NCBI GenBank assembly: GCA_021787845.1
Contig: JAJYLH010000002.1
Coordinates: 217,073-281,072 of the forward strand
Direction of reading: 5' to 3'
Source of the DNA: Myxococcales bacterium
GTDB taxonomy: Bacteria; Myxococcota; Myxococcia; Myxococcales; JAJYLH01
Length of the DNA stretch: 64,000 nt
Part shown: piece after piece, positions 9,734 through 19,376 of the stretch
Numbering within the stretch: the stretch's first letter is position 1
Layout of the letters: the number at the start of each line of letters is the position of its first letter
Translations under genes and position numbers: made by a program
Notes under the pieces: generated by a model
Told to the model about the DNA's origin: nothing
What the model saw: only the letters and a program-made list of their open reading frames with translations
Databases searched by the model: none

Positions 9734-10665
9734 TGCGGGCTTCCTTGGGCGCTCGCCGGGGAACCCGCGCTCGCCTGCGCTCCGGCCGTCCCCGGCGGCT
9801 TGCCCAGGTTCTTCTGGACGCTCATCTCGAAACGCACGTCCGGCCGCTGCGCGAACTGGAGGGTGATGCCCGATTTCTCCATCACGATCGCGGTCACCTT
9901 GGTGACCTTGTCCGGCTCGACGTTGAAGGTGTACGAGCTCGTCAGCTTCAGCCGCATCCCGTCCAGGTAGGAGAAGATGCCGTAGCCGTGGCCGCGAAGC
10001 TGGTACTGCACCGCCATCACGTGCTGCCCCGGCGGAATGCGCTGGTCGAAGATGACGAACTCCTCCCGGTCGTTCAACGCCCCCGTCTCGTCCACCTTGG
10101 TGTAGAGCGGCGCGCTGTCCAGCGTGTAGGCCGCCGCCGTCAGGATGTAGGACGAGCCGAGCTCGTTCTTGTGGTAGATGGCGAGCTTCGCCCCGCCCAG
10201 ACCCGCCGACCCCAGGACCACGCCGGCCAGGGTCTCCAGCCGGTACTTCGTCCGCAGGATCTTTTCCTTGAGGTCGCTGACCTGCTCCTCGAGCGCCTTG
10301 GTCTTCAGGTCGAAAGCCTCTTCCGCGGTGGAGGTCGCCTCGGTGGGGCCGCTTCCCGCCGGGGCCGCGACCGTGGGAGAGGCGACACCGCTGCCGGCCG
10401 CCGGCACCGCCGCCGGAGCGGGCGACGCGGCGCCAGAAGCGGGCGTTGCCGCCGCGGTGCCCGGCGCGCTCGCGCCCGGGGCATTCGAGGCGGGCGCGCT
10501 CGCCGCGGGGGAGGCGGGAGGCGGCGCGACCGGCGCCACGATGGGAGCGGGTGCGCCGCCGTCCTGGGCTTGCGCTCTCGGTCCCAGGCCCAGCGCCGTC
10601 AGGGCGACGAGCGACCCGAGCGCGAACACCCGCGGGAGCGAAATCCGGTGCTGTCGAGTCACCAC
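9730..10665 (-). CDS. Secreted protein (311 aa): signal peptide, Ala/Pro-rich low-complexity linker, coiled-coil, and a C-terminal globular domain of unknown function
   Basis: MVTRQHRISLPRVFALGSLVALTALG signal peptide, then a long PAPxxAS-type linker. Codon bias is consistent with coding. The gene is translationally coupled to the downstream TPR gene. Confidence 0.55.
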   Translation of the reverse strand: MVTRQHRISLPRVFALGSLVALTALGLGPRAQAQDGGAPAPIVAPVAPPPASPAASAPASNAPGASAPGTAAATPASGAASPAPAAVPAAGSGVASPTVAAPAGSGPTEATSTAEEAFDLKTKALEEQVSDLKEKILRTKYRLETLAGVVLGSAGLGGAKLAIYHKNELGSSYILTAAAYTLDSAPLYTKVDETGALNDREEFVIFDQRIPPGQHVMAVQYQLRGHGYGIFSYLDGMRLKLTSSYTFNVEPDKVTKVTAIVMEKSGITLQFAQRPDVRFEMSVQKNLGKPPGTAGAQASAGSPASAQGSPQ

Positions 10666-10921
10666 CGATGGCCCTCGTGGAGCTCCAACGGAAACCGCCG
10701 CCCCACCGGAGAAAAACCCGCTGTTTCTACCAGACCGGCGCGCCCCGCGTCAACGAACGCCCAGGCGCCTCGGGCGCCTCGATGCTACCGGAGCCCGCCG
10801 CGCCCGCCGTGCCGCCCGTCACGCCTCATCGGCTGCTCGACGGCCGGCTTCAACGATAGACACCGGCCGGGGTCGGAACCGACAACCCGAAGCCCGCCGC
10901 CCGAGCCGCTCCCCCGGCGTC

Positions 10922-11509
10922 CTAAGTGTTCTTGCGCAGGTCGGCGAGGACCAGCTTCGCCACCTGCTTCAAGGTTTCGAACACCCCCACCCCGGTCGGC
11001 GCCACCGCCTCGAATTCGGGCGCCCCCAGCGGGTTCAAGAGCCGCCGCATCTCGTCGACCGGCGCCGCGTTGGGCAGGTCCCGCTTGTTGTACTGCATCA
11101 CGTACGGCACCTTGGAGAGCTCGTCGCCCTGGTCCTGGAGGTTCGTCAGGAGGTTCTCGACGCTCTCCACGTTCGCGTCCATCCGCTCGTCCTGGCTGTC
11201 GGCGACGAAGACCACCCCGTCCAGGTTCTTCAGGATCAGCTTGCGGGAGGCGTCGTAGAACACCTGGCCGGGCACCGTGTAGAGATGGAACCGGGTCTTG
11301 AACCCTCGAATCTGCCCCAGGGCGAGGGGGAAGAAGTCGAAGAAGAGGGTCCGCTCCGTCTCCGTCGCCAGCGAGATCAGCTTGCCCCGGGCCTCCTGCG
11401 CGGTCTGGGCGTGAATCCACTGCACGTTCGTGGTCTTGCCGCACAAGCCGGGGCCGTAATAGACGATTTTGCAGGTGATCTCGCGGTTCGTGTAGTTGAT
11501 GAACGACAT
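10922..11509 (-). CDS. mglA: Mutual gliding-motility protein MglA, a Ras-like small GTPase
   Basis: MSFINYTNREITCKIVYYGPGLCGKTTN...FKTRFHLYTVPGQVFYDASRKLIL...YVMQYNKRDLP. Near-identical in length (195 aa) and motifs to M. xanthus MglA, including the P-loop GPGLCGKTT and switch II TVPGQ. Confidence 0.95.
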   Translation of the reverse strand: MSFINYTNREITCKIVYYGPGLCGKTTNVQWIHAQTAQEARGKLISLATETERTLFFDFFPLALGQIRGFKTRFHLYTVPGQVFYDASRKLILKNLDGVVFVADSQDERMDANVESVENLLTNLQDQGDELSKVPYVMQYNKRDLPNAAPVDEMRRLLNPLGAPEFEAVAPTGVGVFETLKQVAKLVLADLRKNT

Positions 11510-11521
11510 CCGCGTCAGGCC

Positions 11522-11995
11522 CTATTCGGAGAACATGTTGTCGATGTCGTCGTCCGTGATTTCCGCGAACAGAGCGGCACCGGTCTCGGTCTTGCGCATC
11601 ATCGTCTCGAACACCCGCGCCAGCTCCTCGCTCGCCTTCTTCACCCGGAGCCGGACCAGCCCCAGCGACGAGCGGCTGTCGAAGATCACCACCAGGATCA
11701 CCCGGCTGGCGACGATGCTGATGTGAACGTTGTCGCGCTCGCCCTCGTGGAAGATCTGGTTGAACTCCTTCTCGTTGATGAGCTTCGCGATGCCCCCGGC
11801 CGCGGCGATCTGTCCGGCCATCAGCGAGGCGAGCGAGGTGGTGTCGAGGTTCTCCGTCTGCCCGGTGCAGGCGATGAGCTGCCCGTTCTTGTCGCCGAGG
11901 AACACGACCTTGGCGTTCGCCTCCCGCGTGAGCCGCTCGCACACCCGGTTGATGCGCTGGAACTCCTCGTCGTACATGACGAACTGCGAGGACAT
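11522..11995 (-). CDS. mglB: MglB, roadblock/LC7-family GAP for MglA
   Basis: MSSQFVMYDEEFQRINRVCERLTREANAKVVFLGDKNGQLI...SRVILVVIFDSRSSLGLVRLRVKKASEEL...DDDIDNMFSE. Highly similar to M. xanthus MglB, including the acidic C-terminal tail. Lies immediately upstream of mglA. Confidence 0.95.
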   Translation of the reverse strand: MSSQFVMYDEEFQRINRVCERLTREANAKVVFLGDKNGQLIACTGQTENLDTTSLASLMAGQIAAAGGIAKLINEKEFNQIFHEGERDNVHISIVASRVILVVIFDSRSSLGLVRLRVKKASEELARVFETMMRKTETGAALFAEITDDDIDNMFSE

Positions 11996-12312
11996 GCGCG
12001 GCCAAAGCCTCCGTTACGCCCGCGGCGCTCTCTTGGGGACGTCGGTCCCGACGGGACCCGCTCGACCCCTCTAGCCGCTCTCGCCCGACGGGATCGGCGT
12101 TCCCCGGCGCGAGCCTTTGCGTCGCCAGGGTGCGAGGTTTTCTGCCTGTCCCGCGTGCGGGCGAGCTTCGAACGTCTTAGCAGGTCGGCGGGCGCGGCAC
12201 AAGAAACGAGGGCGTCCGAGCGCGAAGGCGCGCGCGCCTCTTCCCTCGGGCTCGAGGCCGGCTCCCCGCGCCAAGAGGGCGGCGAGGGCGACCGGGACGA
12301 GCGCGAAGAGAG

Positions 12313-13251
12313 TCAGCCCCGACCGGAGCGGAAGAGCTCCACCACCTCGGCGAGCGGCTCGGCGAGCGACGGCGAAGGGCGGAAGCCCAGCAGCTCCCTC
12401 GCGCGGGTGATGTCCGCGAGCGAGTGGCGCACGTCCCCCGACCGCGGCGGCGCGCGGCGCACCTCCACCGGGCGGCCGACCAGCTCGCCGATGCGGTCCA
12501 CCAGCTCGACGAGGGTGATGCGCTCGCCCCGCGCGACGTTGATCACCTCCCCGGTCGCGCGGTCGCTCTCGGCCGCGAGCAGGTTCGCCTGCACCGCGTC
12601 GCGCACCGGGGTGAAGTCGCGGCTCTGGAGGCCGTCGCCGAAGACGGTGACCGGCTCTCCCCGGACGGCAGCGCCGACGAACTTCGGCACCACCGCCGCG
12701 TACTCGCTCGTCGGATCCTGACGGGGACCGAAGACGTTGAAGTAGCGCAGGGCCACCGTCTCTAGGCCGTGGGTGTCGAAATAGACCCGGCAGTAGTGCT
12801 CGCCGGCGAGCTTCTGCACCGCGTAGGGCGAGAGCGGCTGCGGCTTCATCGACTCTTCCTTGGGCAGCGTCGGGGTATCGCCGTAGGCCGAGCTCGAGGC
12901 GGCGTAGACGAACCGCTTCACCCCGGCCCGGCGAGCGAATTCCAGCATCGTCACCGTGCCGGCGCAGTTCGCCCGGTCCGAGCCGATGGGGTCTTTGACC
13001 GACCGGGGCACCGAGGGAATCGCCGCCTCGTGGAAGACCCAGTCGACGCCGGCGGTCGCCTTCTGGGCCGTCGCCGGGTCGGCGCAGTCGCCGACCACAA
13101 GCTCGATGCGCCCCTCGAGCTCCTTCAGATTCTCCCGGCGTCCGGTGGAGAAATCGTCGAGCACCCGCACCCGGTCGCCCCGGGCGAGCAGGGCCTCCAC
13201 GAGGTGCGAGCCGATGAAGCCGGCTCCGCCGGTGACGAGGCAGGTCGCCAT
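12313..13251 (-). CDS. NAD-dependent nucleotide-sugar epimerase/dehydratase (SDR family)
   Basis: MATCLVTGGAGFIGSHL Rossmann GxGxxG motif. An YxxxK-type catalytic region sits around SPYAVQK. 312 aa. The longer overlapping ORF 12071..13288 is in a different frame and was rejected. Confidence 0.85.
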   Translation of the reverse strand: MATCLVTGGAGFIGSHLVEALLARGDRVRVLDDFSTGRRENLKELEGRIELVVGDCADPATAQKATAGVDWVFHEAAIPSVPRSVKDPIGSDRANCAGTVTMLEFARRAGVKRFVYAASSSAYGDTPTLPKEESMKPQPLSPYAVQKLAGEHYCRVYFDTHGLETVALRYFNVFGPRQDPTSEYAAVVPKFVGAAVRGEPVTVFGDGLQSRDFTPVRDAVQANLLAAESDRATGEVINVARGERITLVELVDRIGELVGRPVEVRRAPPRSGDVRHSLADITRARELLGFRPSPSLAEPLAEVVELFRSGRG

Positions 13252-13367
13252 GGACCAACTCCAGGGCTGCCGCTAGGCGGCAGAGCAATCGGGAGGCGCG
13301 TCCGGCCGCGGTCCCGGAGAGAAAAGGATGGGGCCGAACGGCGGCGGCGCAACCTCGGGCGTCCCCC

Positions 13368-13664
13368 TCACCGGGACAGCCCGCAGGTCTTGCGCCCCGC
13401 CTCGGTCTGCAACTGGTCGCAGCCCTCGCCGTTCGGACCGATGAGCTTCTCGCAGCCGGGCAGAAGCTGCTGGCAGACGGAGAGCTGCGCCGCGGAGGGC
13501 GTCGCGAGCTGCTCCTGGGCGGTGGCCGCGTTCTGGCAGTTGGTTCGCTCCGTCTGGGTCAACCCCTGGCAGAGGCAGAGCGTCGTCTGGATGTTCTCGC
13601 AGGGGTTGGCGCAGCCGGCGAGGAGGAACAGCGCGAAGAGGGCGGCGGCGGTCCCGCGAATCAT
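13368..13664 (-). CDS. Small Cys-rich lipoprotein (about 98 aa)
   Basis: Internal start MIRGTAAALFALFLLAGCANPCEN with a lipobox LAGC. The mature part is rich in Cys and Gln. Confidence 0.4.
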   Translation of the reverse strand: MIRGTAAALFALFLLAGCANPCENIQTTLCLCQGLTQTERTNCQNAATAQEQLATPSAAQLSVCQQLLPGCEKLIGPNGEGCDQLQTEAGRKTCGLSR

Positions 13665-13744
13665 GAGCGCTTTCTCTGGCCAAGAGCCGCTTGCAGGAGA
13701 GACCCCCAGCCGGTCGACGGCGCGCCAAGGCGCCGGGACGGAAG

Positions 13745-15094
13745 TTAGCGCGTCGAATCCGCCGGCGCGAGGGAGGGGCGGCCGACAGAGTGGTAGAGGA
13801 GGCCGGCACGAGCGGCGGTCTCGCGTTCCCAGAGGTTGCGTCCGTCGAAGATCCACGGCTGTCGCAGGCTCTCCTTGAGCCGCGCGAAGTCCGGCCGCCG
13901 GTACTCCGGCCAGTCGGTGACGATGGCGAGCGCGTCCGCGTCCCGGACGGCGTCGTACATCGTCTTGACGAACTCGAGGCTCCCGTTCGCCTCATGGCGG
14001 CCCAAGACCTCGCGCGCGCGCTCGGTCGCGACGGGGTCGTGCGCCAGCACCCGGGCGCCCTGCGCGATGAGGCCGTCGATGACCACCAGGCTCGGCGCCT
14101 CCCGCATGTCGTCGGTCGACGGCTTGAAGGCGAGGCCCCAGACCCCGATCGTCCTGCCCGAAAGCCCGCCGGCCGGCTGGAACGCGCGCGTGAGCTTCTC
14201 GACGAGGAGCCGCTTCTGGCGGTCGTTCTGCCGCTCCACCTCGTCGAGGATCCCGAAAGCGCTCTCGGCCTCCCTCGCGGTGGCGGCGAGCGCCTGGACG
14301 TCCTTCGGGAAGCAGCTCCCGCCGTAGCCGACGCCCGGGAAGAGGAACGTCTGCCCGATGCGCCGGTCGGTGCCGACCGCCCGGCGCACGAGCTCGACGT
14401 CCGCCCCGACCTTCTCGCACAAGGCGGCGATGGCGTTCATGAACGAGATGCGGGTCGCGAGCATCGCGTTCGAGGCGTACTTCGTCAGCTCCGCGCTCGC
14501 CGGGTCCATCACCAGAATCGGCGCGCCGGTGCGGCAGAACGGCTCGTACAGCTCGCGCATCACGTTCGCCGCCCGCGCGGTGCGTGCCCCGATGACCACC
14601 CGGTCGGGCTTGCGAAAGTCGAGGATCGCCGCGCCCTCCTTCAAGAACTCCGGGTTCGACACCACCTCGACCTCGGCCCTGCCCAACTCGTGCAAGAGGT
14701 TCGTCACCCGCTGGTTCGTTCCCACCGGGACCGTGCTCTTGAGCACCAGGATCTTAGGACCGCTCCCGCTCTCTGCCACGGTCTTCGCCACCTCGAAGAC
14801 GTAGGTCAGGTCCGCCTCGCCGTTCTTCCCCGGCGGCGTCCCCACCGCGCAGAAAACGACGTCCGCCTCTCGCGCGGCGGCGAGCCCGTCGGTGGTGAAG
14901 GAGAGCAGGCCCTCCCGACTGCAGCGCTGGACGATGTCGGCGAGGCCCTCTTCGTAGATGGGGATCTCGCCGGCCTTGAGCCGCTCCACCTTGGCCGGGT
15001 CGGTGTCGACGCAGGTCACGTCCCGTCCGGAGTCGGCGAAGCACGCTCCCGCCACGAGGCCCACGTAACCGGTTCCGATCACCGCCAGCTTCAT
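13745..15094 (-). CDS. ugd: UDP-glucose 6-dehydrogenase
   Basis: MKLAVIGTGYVGLVAGACFA has the NAD-binding GxGxxG motif. GGSCFPKD contains the catalytic Cys. Length is 449 aa from the internal start at 15094. Confidence 0.9.
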   Translation of the reverse strand: MKLAVIGTGYVGLVAGACFADSGRDVTCVDTDPAKVERLKAGEIPIYEEGLADIVQRCSREGLLSFTTDGLAAAREADVVFCAVGTPPGKNGEADLTYVFEVAKTVAESGSGPKILVLKSTVPVGTNQRVTNLLHELGRAEVEVVSNPEFLKEGAAILDFRKPDRVVIGARTARAANVMRELYEPFCRTGAPILVMDPASAELTKYASNAMLATRISFMNAIAALCEKVGADVELVRRAVGTDRRIGQTFLFPGVGYGGSCFPKDVQALAATAREAESAFGILDEVERQNDRQKRLLVEKLTRAFQPAGGLSGRTIGVWGLAFKPSTDDMREAPSLVVIDGLIAQGARVLAHDPVATERAREVLGRHEANGSLEFVKTMYDAVRDADALAIVTDWPEYRRPDFARLKESLRQPWIFDGRNLWERETAARAGLLYHSVGRPSLAPADSTR

Positions 15095-15352
15095 CGACCT
15101 CTCCGAAAAAGGCGCCGCCCGGGCGCCCAAAGGGGCGAAACAGTCGGTCATGCGCCCCCGTCACGTCAAGCGGCGGCGGGCCGGCCCCTCACCTGGCCTT
15201 CGACTCTCGGTCCGCCCGCAAGCCCCCGCGGGCACCGACCCACCAACCGCGAACGGCCCGCGCGGCACGCAACTTCTCGACGCGGTGCGACACATCGCGG
15301 CGGGCGTCCCCGCCGATGGAAGGCCGGCCGGATCCGCCGACCGGGCCGGCCG

Positions 15353-18300
15353 TCACCCCGCGGCGGCGCGCCTCTCGTCAGCGCTCCCGCTGGGCGTCGC
15401 GCCCGCCGGCTCCAAAGTCTTCGTCCGGTTCCACTCGACCCCCAGCTTCCCGGCAAGCTCGCGCATGTCGCGCAGGTAGCTGGCCGAGCGGTCGAGGTAG
15501 AACGCCAGCGGCGGCGAGAAGTTCTTTCCGACCAGGTCGTGGATGAACATCTCGCTGATCGGCCGCTTGCGCTCGAGAAGCCGCTGGGAGCGCAGGATGA
15601 TCTGCCGCTCCTCGGGAGCGCAGGCGCCAAGCTGCTGCTCGAACACCGCGCGCGCCCGGGGCTGGTACATCCACATGTACATCAGGTCCAGCGCGTTGAT
15701 GATCTGCTGCTTTTCCAGGTCGCCCGCCTCCTTCCCGAGGGTGCGGAAGAACTCCTTGGGCGAGGCGAGGCTCTCCACCACGTCGACGTCGGGGAAGAGC
15801 GCCTCCAGCCGCCCGTGGACGTCCAAGAGGCGCGACAGCTTGGACTGGTAGTCCCTCATCCGTTGCGACAGGTTGACGTTGCGGTCGGCGATGCCCTCGA
15901 TGAACCCGGCGACGATGTCGCTGCCGAGCTTGTTGATCACCGCCGCCCACGCCTGGAGCATGACGAAAGCGCTCCCGACCTCCATCCCGCCGGCGACGAG
16001 GAGCTTGAGCGCGAGCGCGTTGATGCCGAAGGCGACCGGAATCGCGAGCGGGGTGCGAAAGAGGAAGTTTCCCACCGCCGCCTGGCGGGGCAGCCCCCGC
16101 CAGACGTTGTGCCCGAAGATGTAGACGCCGTTCGCCAGGCCGATCAGCGCGTAGAGGGCCCACGGAGCGCTCTTCGTCGTGATGCCCATCCCCTCGTCGA
16201 GGATCAGGTGCTTGACCAGGTCGTCCAAGAGCGGCACCGACAGGCCGGTGTACAGGAGCGAATCCGCTACCCGGCTCCAGCTCACCAGGTCCTTCCACTT
16301 CAAGAGCTTGGAGCGGATGAGCCCCGCTCCCCCGACCACCGTCTGGATGATGTTGCGCAGGCCGGTGATGCCGAACCAGATGAACGCCCCCAGCCAGGCC
16401 AGCACCCACCAGTCGTTGGTCAGGTAGAAGGAGAAGAACGCGGGAATCAGGCCGATCAGGATCTTCGCGACGTTCTTGGCGTTGGTGTTCAAGAACCGCC
16501 ACCGGAACCAGCCGGAAGCGCTCCCGGAGTGCGAATCGCTCCCGCCCGGCGGCGTGAGCGCGAGGCCGTTGCGGCGCCGCTCCGGGACCCCCCCCAGGGT
16601 GAGGATGTTGCCCCGGTCCGCCATCAGGGTGGCGTCGGGCACCAGCACGAAGCTGTCGTCGCGCACCCGGCCGAAGTCTCTCAGGCCGGGCAGGTGCCGC
16701 AGGACCCCGAACGCCAGGTCCAGCGCCTTCAGGTGGCTGTGCCGGGGCCGCCAGGTGCTCTGGAGAACCGCCTCGCTCGTCACCGGCACGATTTCGCGGG
16801 TGCCGGGCCGCCGCTGGAACTCCCGCCGGGCCCGGTGGGTCAGGGTCGGCGCCACCGCGAGGCCCATCCCAGCCCAGGCCCGGGCCCGGCCGGTGGAGTC
16901 GGTCCCCACGCGGGCCAGGAGCGGTGCCTGGGAGTAGAAGGACAACAGCTCGGGCATGTGGGCGAGGATGTGGCGCAACCGGCCGACCTGATCCGTGCGG
17001 GCGCTGGGGTCGGGCTCGGCCTCTTCCACCTGGGCGACCAGCTCGTGGATCATCCGCTTGCAGGCGATGGGGTTGTGGCTGTTGAGAACCCGCCGCACCC
17101 GGCCGATCTCCCGCACCCAGGGGTTCTGCCCCCGCTGGTAGTCCTTCAGGTTGAAGATCTCGAGGTGGGTGATCGCCCCTTTGCAGTCGTACAGAATCTC
17201 CAGCACGTCCGCCGGCGAGAGGTTGGTCGGGTTCAGGGTGATGCCGGAGCCCGACCGCAGGTCCTTCAGCCGCGCCACCATCTCCGCCGGCGAGAGCTTG
17301 AGCAGACCGGGAGCGTCGTCGAGGGGCAGGTGGACATTCGCCACCGCCGGGTTCGCCTCGGCGGAGAGATAGGTCTCCTTCAGGTCGTCGGCGGTCAGCC
17401 GGTCGAGCCGCTCGAGCCGCGCCTCGAGCTCCGCTCGCTCACCGGGAGCGCTCCTCTCCCACTGCGCCCGCAGCTCGGCGAGCCGCGCCTCGACGTGCTC
17501 CACCAACTGCTGGTGCAGGTAGTCCGCGAGATGGGAGCGAGAGGGCTGCCCCACCCCGACGAACCGGAGAAACGCCTCCGGGTCGAGCGGCGGCAGGGCG
17601 AGGCGGACCTCGGCGTTCAGCCGCGGCAGGTGATCGCGGTTGAACGCGTGGAGGAGGTCCAAGAGGTTCTTCGTCTGGTAGGCGACGACCTGCCGGCCTT
17701 CGTCGAAGAAGGCCCTCGTCCGCGGCTCGGCGAAGAGCTCCTGGTACTCGCGCGGGGTCGACAGCCCCCGGGGCGTCCAGATGAGCTGCACGTACTTGCC
17801 GCGAAAACGCCCCGAGACCTCGATGCCCGGCTGCACCGCGACGCCCATCACCGACGCGGCCTCGATGAGCTCCAAGACCGCTTCCGGGCTCACGAGGAAG
17901 TAGTAGATCACCGTCATCTCGCGGATGCCCTTTATCCAGGCGTCGACGATGAGGTGGGTGGGGGCCTTGCGGCCCTTGGTGTAGGCGTCGTGGACGTGGT
18001 GGTCGAACGCCACCTGGTTCCACTTCTCGCTCATCTCGAGCAGGTGGTACTCGGCGAGCTTGCGCCGCACCTCATGCGGACGTCCGCTGACCGCGGAGAA
18101 GAAATCGTGAGCCAGCTCGACCTGGTGCCAATAGTCGCCGCGCTCGCGCACGAGGTGCTTCATCGTCTCCAAGAGCGCCCGCCCGGTATTGAGCAGGAGC
18201 GCTTCCCCGCCCCCCTCGATGATCTCGTCGCGCAGCGCCTTGAGCGCCACCAGCCGCTCCGCGGCGAGACCGGCGTCGAGGGAATCCAAGAGGCGCACCA

Positions 18301-18520
18301 CTGCGTAGGCGATGCGCCGCTCGCGGCTCGCCGCCAGCTCCTTGATGCCGCGCGGGTGGAGGTCGGTGTTGAACAGACGGTGGAGCCGCTCCGGGCGCTG
18401 GTCCTTGCGCACGAAGTCGTCGAGAAGCTCGACGAGGTCGTAGTCTTGCGGGTCGAAGAAGAACGCCGGTCGCCGCTGGTCCAACGCCGCTCGCGAAAAG
18501 CCCTCTCGCAAGCCTTTCAC
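15353..18520 (-). CDS. Large protein of unknown function (about 1055 aa): N-terminal soluble region of about 650 aa plus a C-terminal polytopic membrane domain
   Basis: Long ORF with strong G/C bias at position 3. The first 200 codons of the track ORF overlap the DUF72 gene in another frame and look non-coding. A GTG at 18518-18520 overlaps the DUF72 stop as GTGA and is a likely start. At least six predicted TM helices (IGLIPAFFSFYLTNDWWVLAWLGAFIWFGITGL..., and others). No recognisable catalytic motif. Confidence 0.55.
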   Translation of the reverse strand: MKGLREGFSRAALDQRRPAFFFDPQDYDLVELLDDFVRKDQRPERLHRLFNTDLHPRGIKELAASRERRIAYAVVRLLDSLDAGLAAERLVALKALRDEIIEGGGEALLLNTGRALLETMKHLVRERGDYWHQVELAHDFFSAVSGRPHEVRRKLAEYHLLEMSEKWNQVAFDHHVHDAYTKGRKAPTHLIVDAWIKGIREMTVIYYFLVSPEAVLELIEAASVMGVAVQPGIEVSGRFRGKYVQLIWTPRGLSTPREYQELFAEPRTRAFFDEGRQVVAYQTKNLLDLLHAFNRDHLPRLNAEVRLALPPLDPEAFLRFVGVGQPSRSHLADYLHQQLVEHVEARLAELRAQWERSAPGERAELEARLERLDRLTADDLKETYLSAEANPAVANVHLPLDDAPGLLKLSPAEMVARLKDLRSGSGITLNPTNLSPADVLEILYDCKGAITHLEIFNLKDYQRGQNPWVREIGRVRRVLNSHNPIACKRMIHELVAQVEEAEPDPSARTDQVGRLRHILAHMPELLSFYSQAPLLARVGTDSTGRARAWAGMGLAVAPTLTHRARREFQRRPGTREIVPVTSEAVLQSTWRPRHSHLKALDLAFGVLRHLPGLRDFGRVRDDSFVLVPDATLMADRGNILTLGGVPERRRNGLALTPPGGSDSHSGSASGWFRWRFLNTNAKNVAKILIGLIPAFFSFYLTNDWWVLAWLGAFIWFGITGLRNIIQTVVGGAGLIRSKLLKWKDLVSWSRVADSLLYTGLSVPLLDDLVKHLILDEGMGITTKSAPWALYALIGLANGVYIFGHNVWRGLPRQAAVGNFLFRTPLAIPVAFGINALALKLLVAGGMEVGSAFVMLQAWAAVINKLGSDIVAGFIEGIADRNVNLSQRMRDYQSKLSRLLDVHGRLEALFPDVDVVESLASPKEFFRTLGKEAGDLEKQQIINALDLMYMWMYQPRARAVFEQQLGACAPEERQIILRSQRLLERKRPISEMFIHDLVGKNFSPPLAFYLDRSASYLRDMRELAGKLGVEWNRTKTLEPAGATPSGSADERRAAAG

Positions 18521-19293
18521 TCTATCGCGCGCCGGCTCGCGCGCAAGGTTTCGGCTTTCGGCGGCGCCAGGACCTCGGCCGGCATTCCCAAGAGGTCGAG
18601 CAGGTCGAGCGCGTCCTGCACAGCGTGAGCGCCGGTGTCGTTGTTGAAGAAGAGCCAGGCGGCGCGCCCGAGATCCTCGACCCGGCGTGCGACCTCCTTC
18701 AGGCGCGCCCGCCCGTACCGCCCCGCGTAGGCCCCCGTCGTCCCGTGGAAACGCCAGTAGACGAACGGCCCCGGCGGCGGCCAGGGCCATGCGGCGTCGA
18801 GCGCGTCGTGGACGACGAGCGCCGTCCGGTGCCGCTCGAGGACCCGGTAGACCTCCGTCGCCAGCCAGGAGGGATGCCGCACCTCCAGAGCGTTCCTGCC
18901 CTTCGGCAACGCCGCGAGAAACCCGTCCAGCCGGTCGGGGTCCGCCCGGAACCACCCCGGGAGCTGCCACAACACCGGCCCGCGCTTCTTCCCGAGCGGC
19001 TCGAGGGCGTCGAAGAACCGGCGCACGCCCGCTTCGCGATCGAGGAGCTTGCGCAGGTGCGTCAGGTAGCGGCTGCCCTTCACCGCGAAGCGGAACCGCT
19101 CCGGGACCTCGTGAGCCCAAGCCCCGACCGTTTGCACTCTCGGGAGTCGATAGAAGGTGGCGTTCAGCTCCACGCAGTCGAACACCCGGGCGTAGAACGC
19201 GAGCCAGCGCGAGGCGGCAAGACTATTCTGATAGAATATTCCGCGCCAGTGCCGGTAGGAGAAGCCGCTGGTCCCGACGTGGATGCGCGCCAT
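18517..19293 (-). CDS. DUF72 (UPF0759) family protein
   Basis: MARIHVGTSGFSYRHWRG...NATFYRLP is the characteristic DUF72 N-terminal signature. 259 aa from the internal Met. Confidence 0.8.
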   Translation of the reverse strand: MARIHVGTSGFSYRHWRGIFYQNSLAASRWLAFYARVFDCVELNATFYRLPRVQTVGAWAHEVPERFRFAVKGSRYLTHLRKLLDREAGVRRFFDALEPLGKKRGPVLWQLPGWFRADPDRLDGFLAALPKGRNALEVRHPSWLATEVYRVLERHRTALVVHDALDAAWPWPPPGPFVYWRFHGTTGAYAGRYGRARLKEVARRVEDLGRAAWLFFNNDTGAHAVQDALDLLDLLGMPAEVLAPPKAETLRASRRAIE

Positions 19294-19376
19294 GGATTTT
19301 CGATGACCATCGCCCGGCACCTCCGGTAGCGCGCCCCGGAGGCGGCGCCCTGGGTCCCGTCGGCCTCGACCCTTCG

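Noticed and set aside
6893-12721. Plus-strand long ORFs 6893..9970, 9424..11301 and 10178..12721
   Set aside because: Antisense to the TPR, mglA and mglB genes. Arg/Pro/Gly-rich translations with no motifs. Real MglA and MglB are unambiguous on the minus strand.
12071-13288. 405-aa minus-strand ORF overlapping the epimerase
   Set aside because: Alternative frame of the same region. The 312-aa frame contains the GxGxxG Rossmann motif and SDR signature, and the 405-aa frame is Arg/Gly-rich.
13691-18628. Plus-strand 1645-aa ORF
   Set aside because: Antisense to ugd and to the large membrane-protein gene. A shadow ORF common at 70%+ GC.
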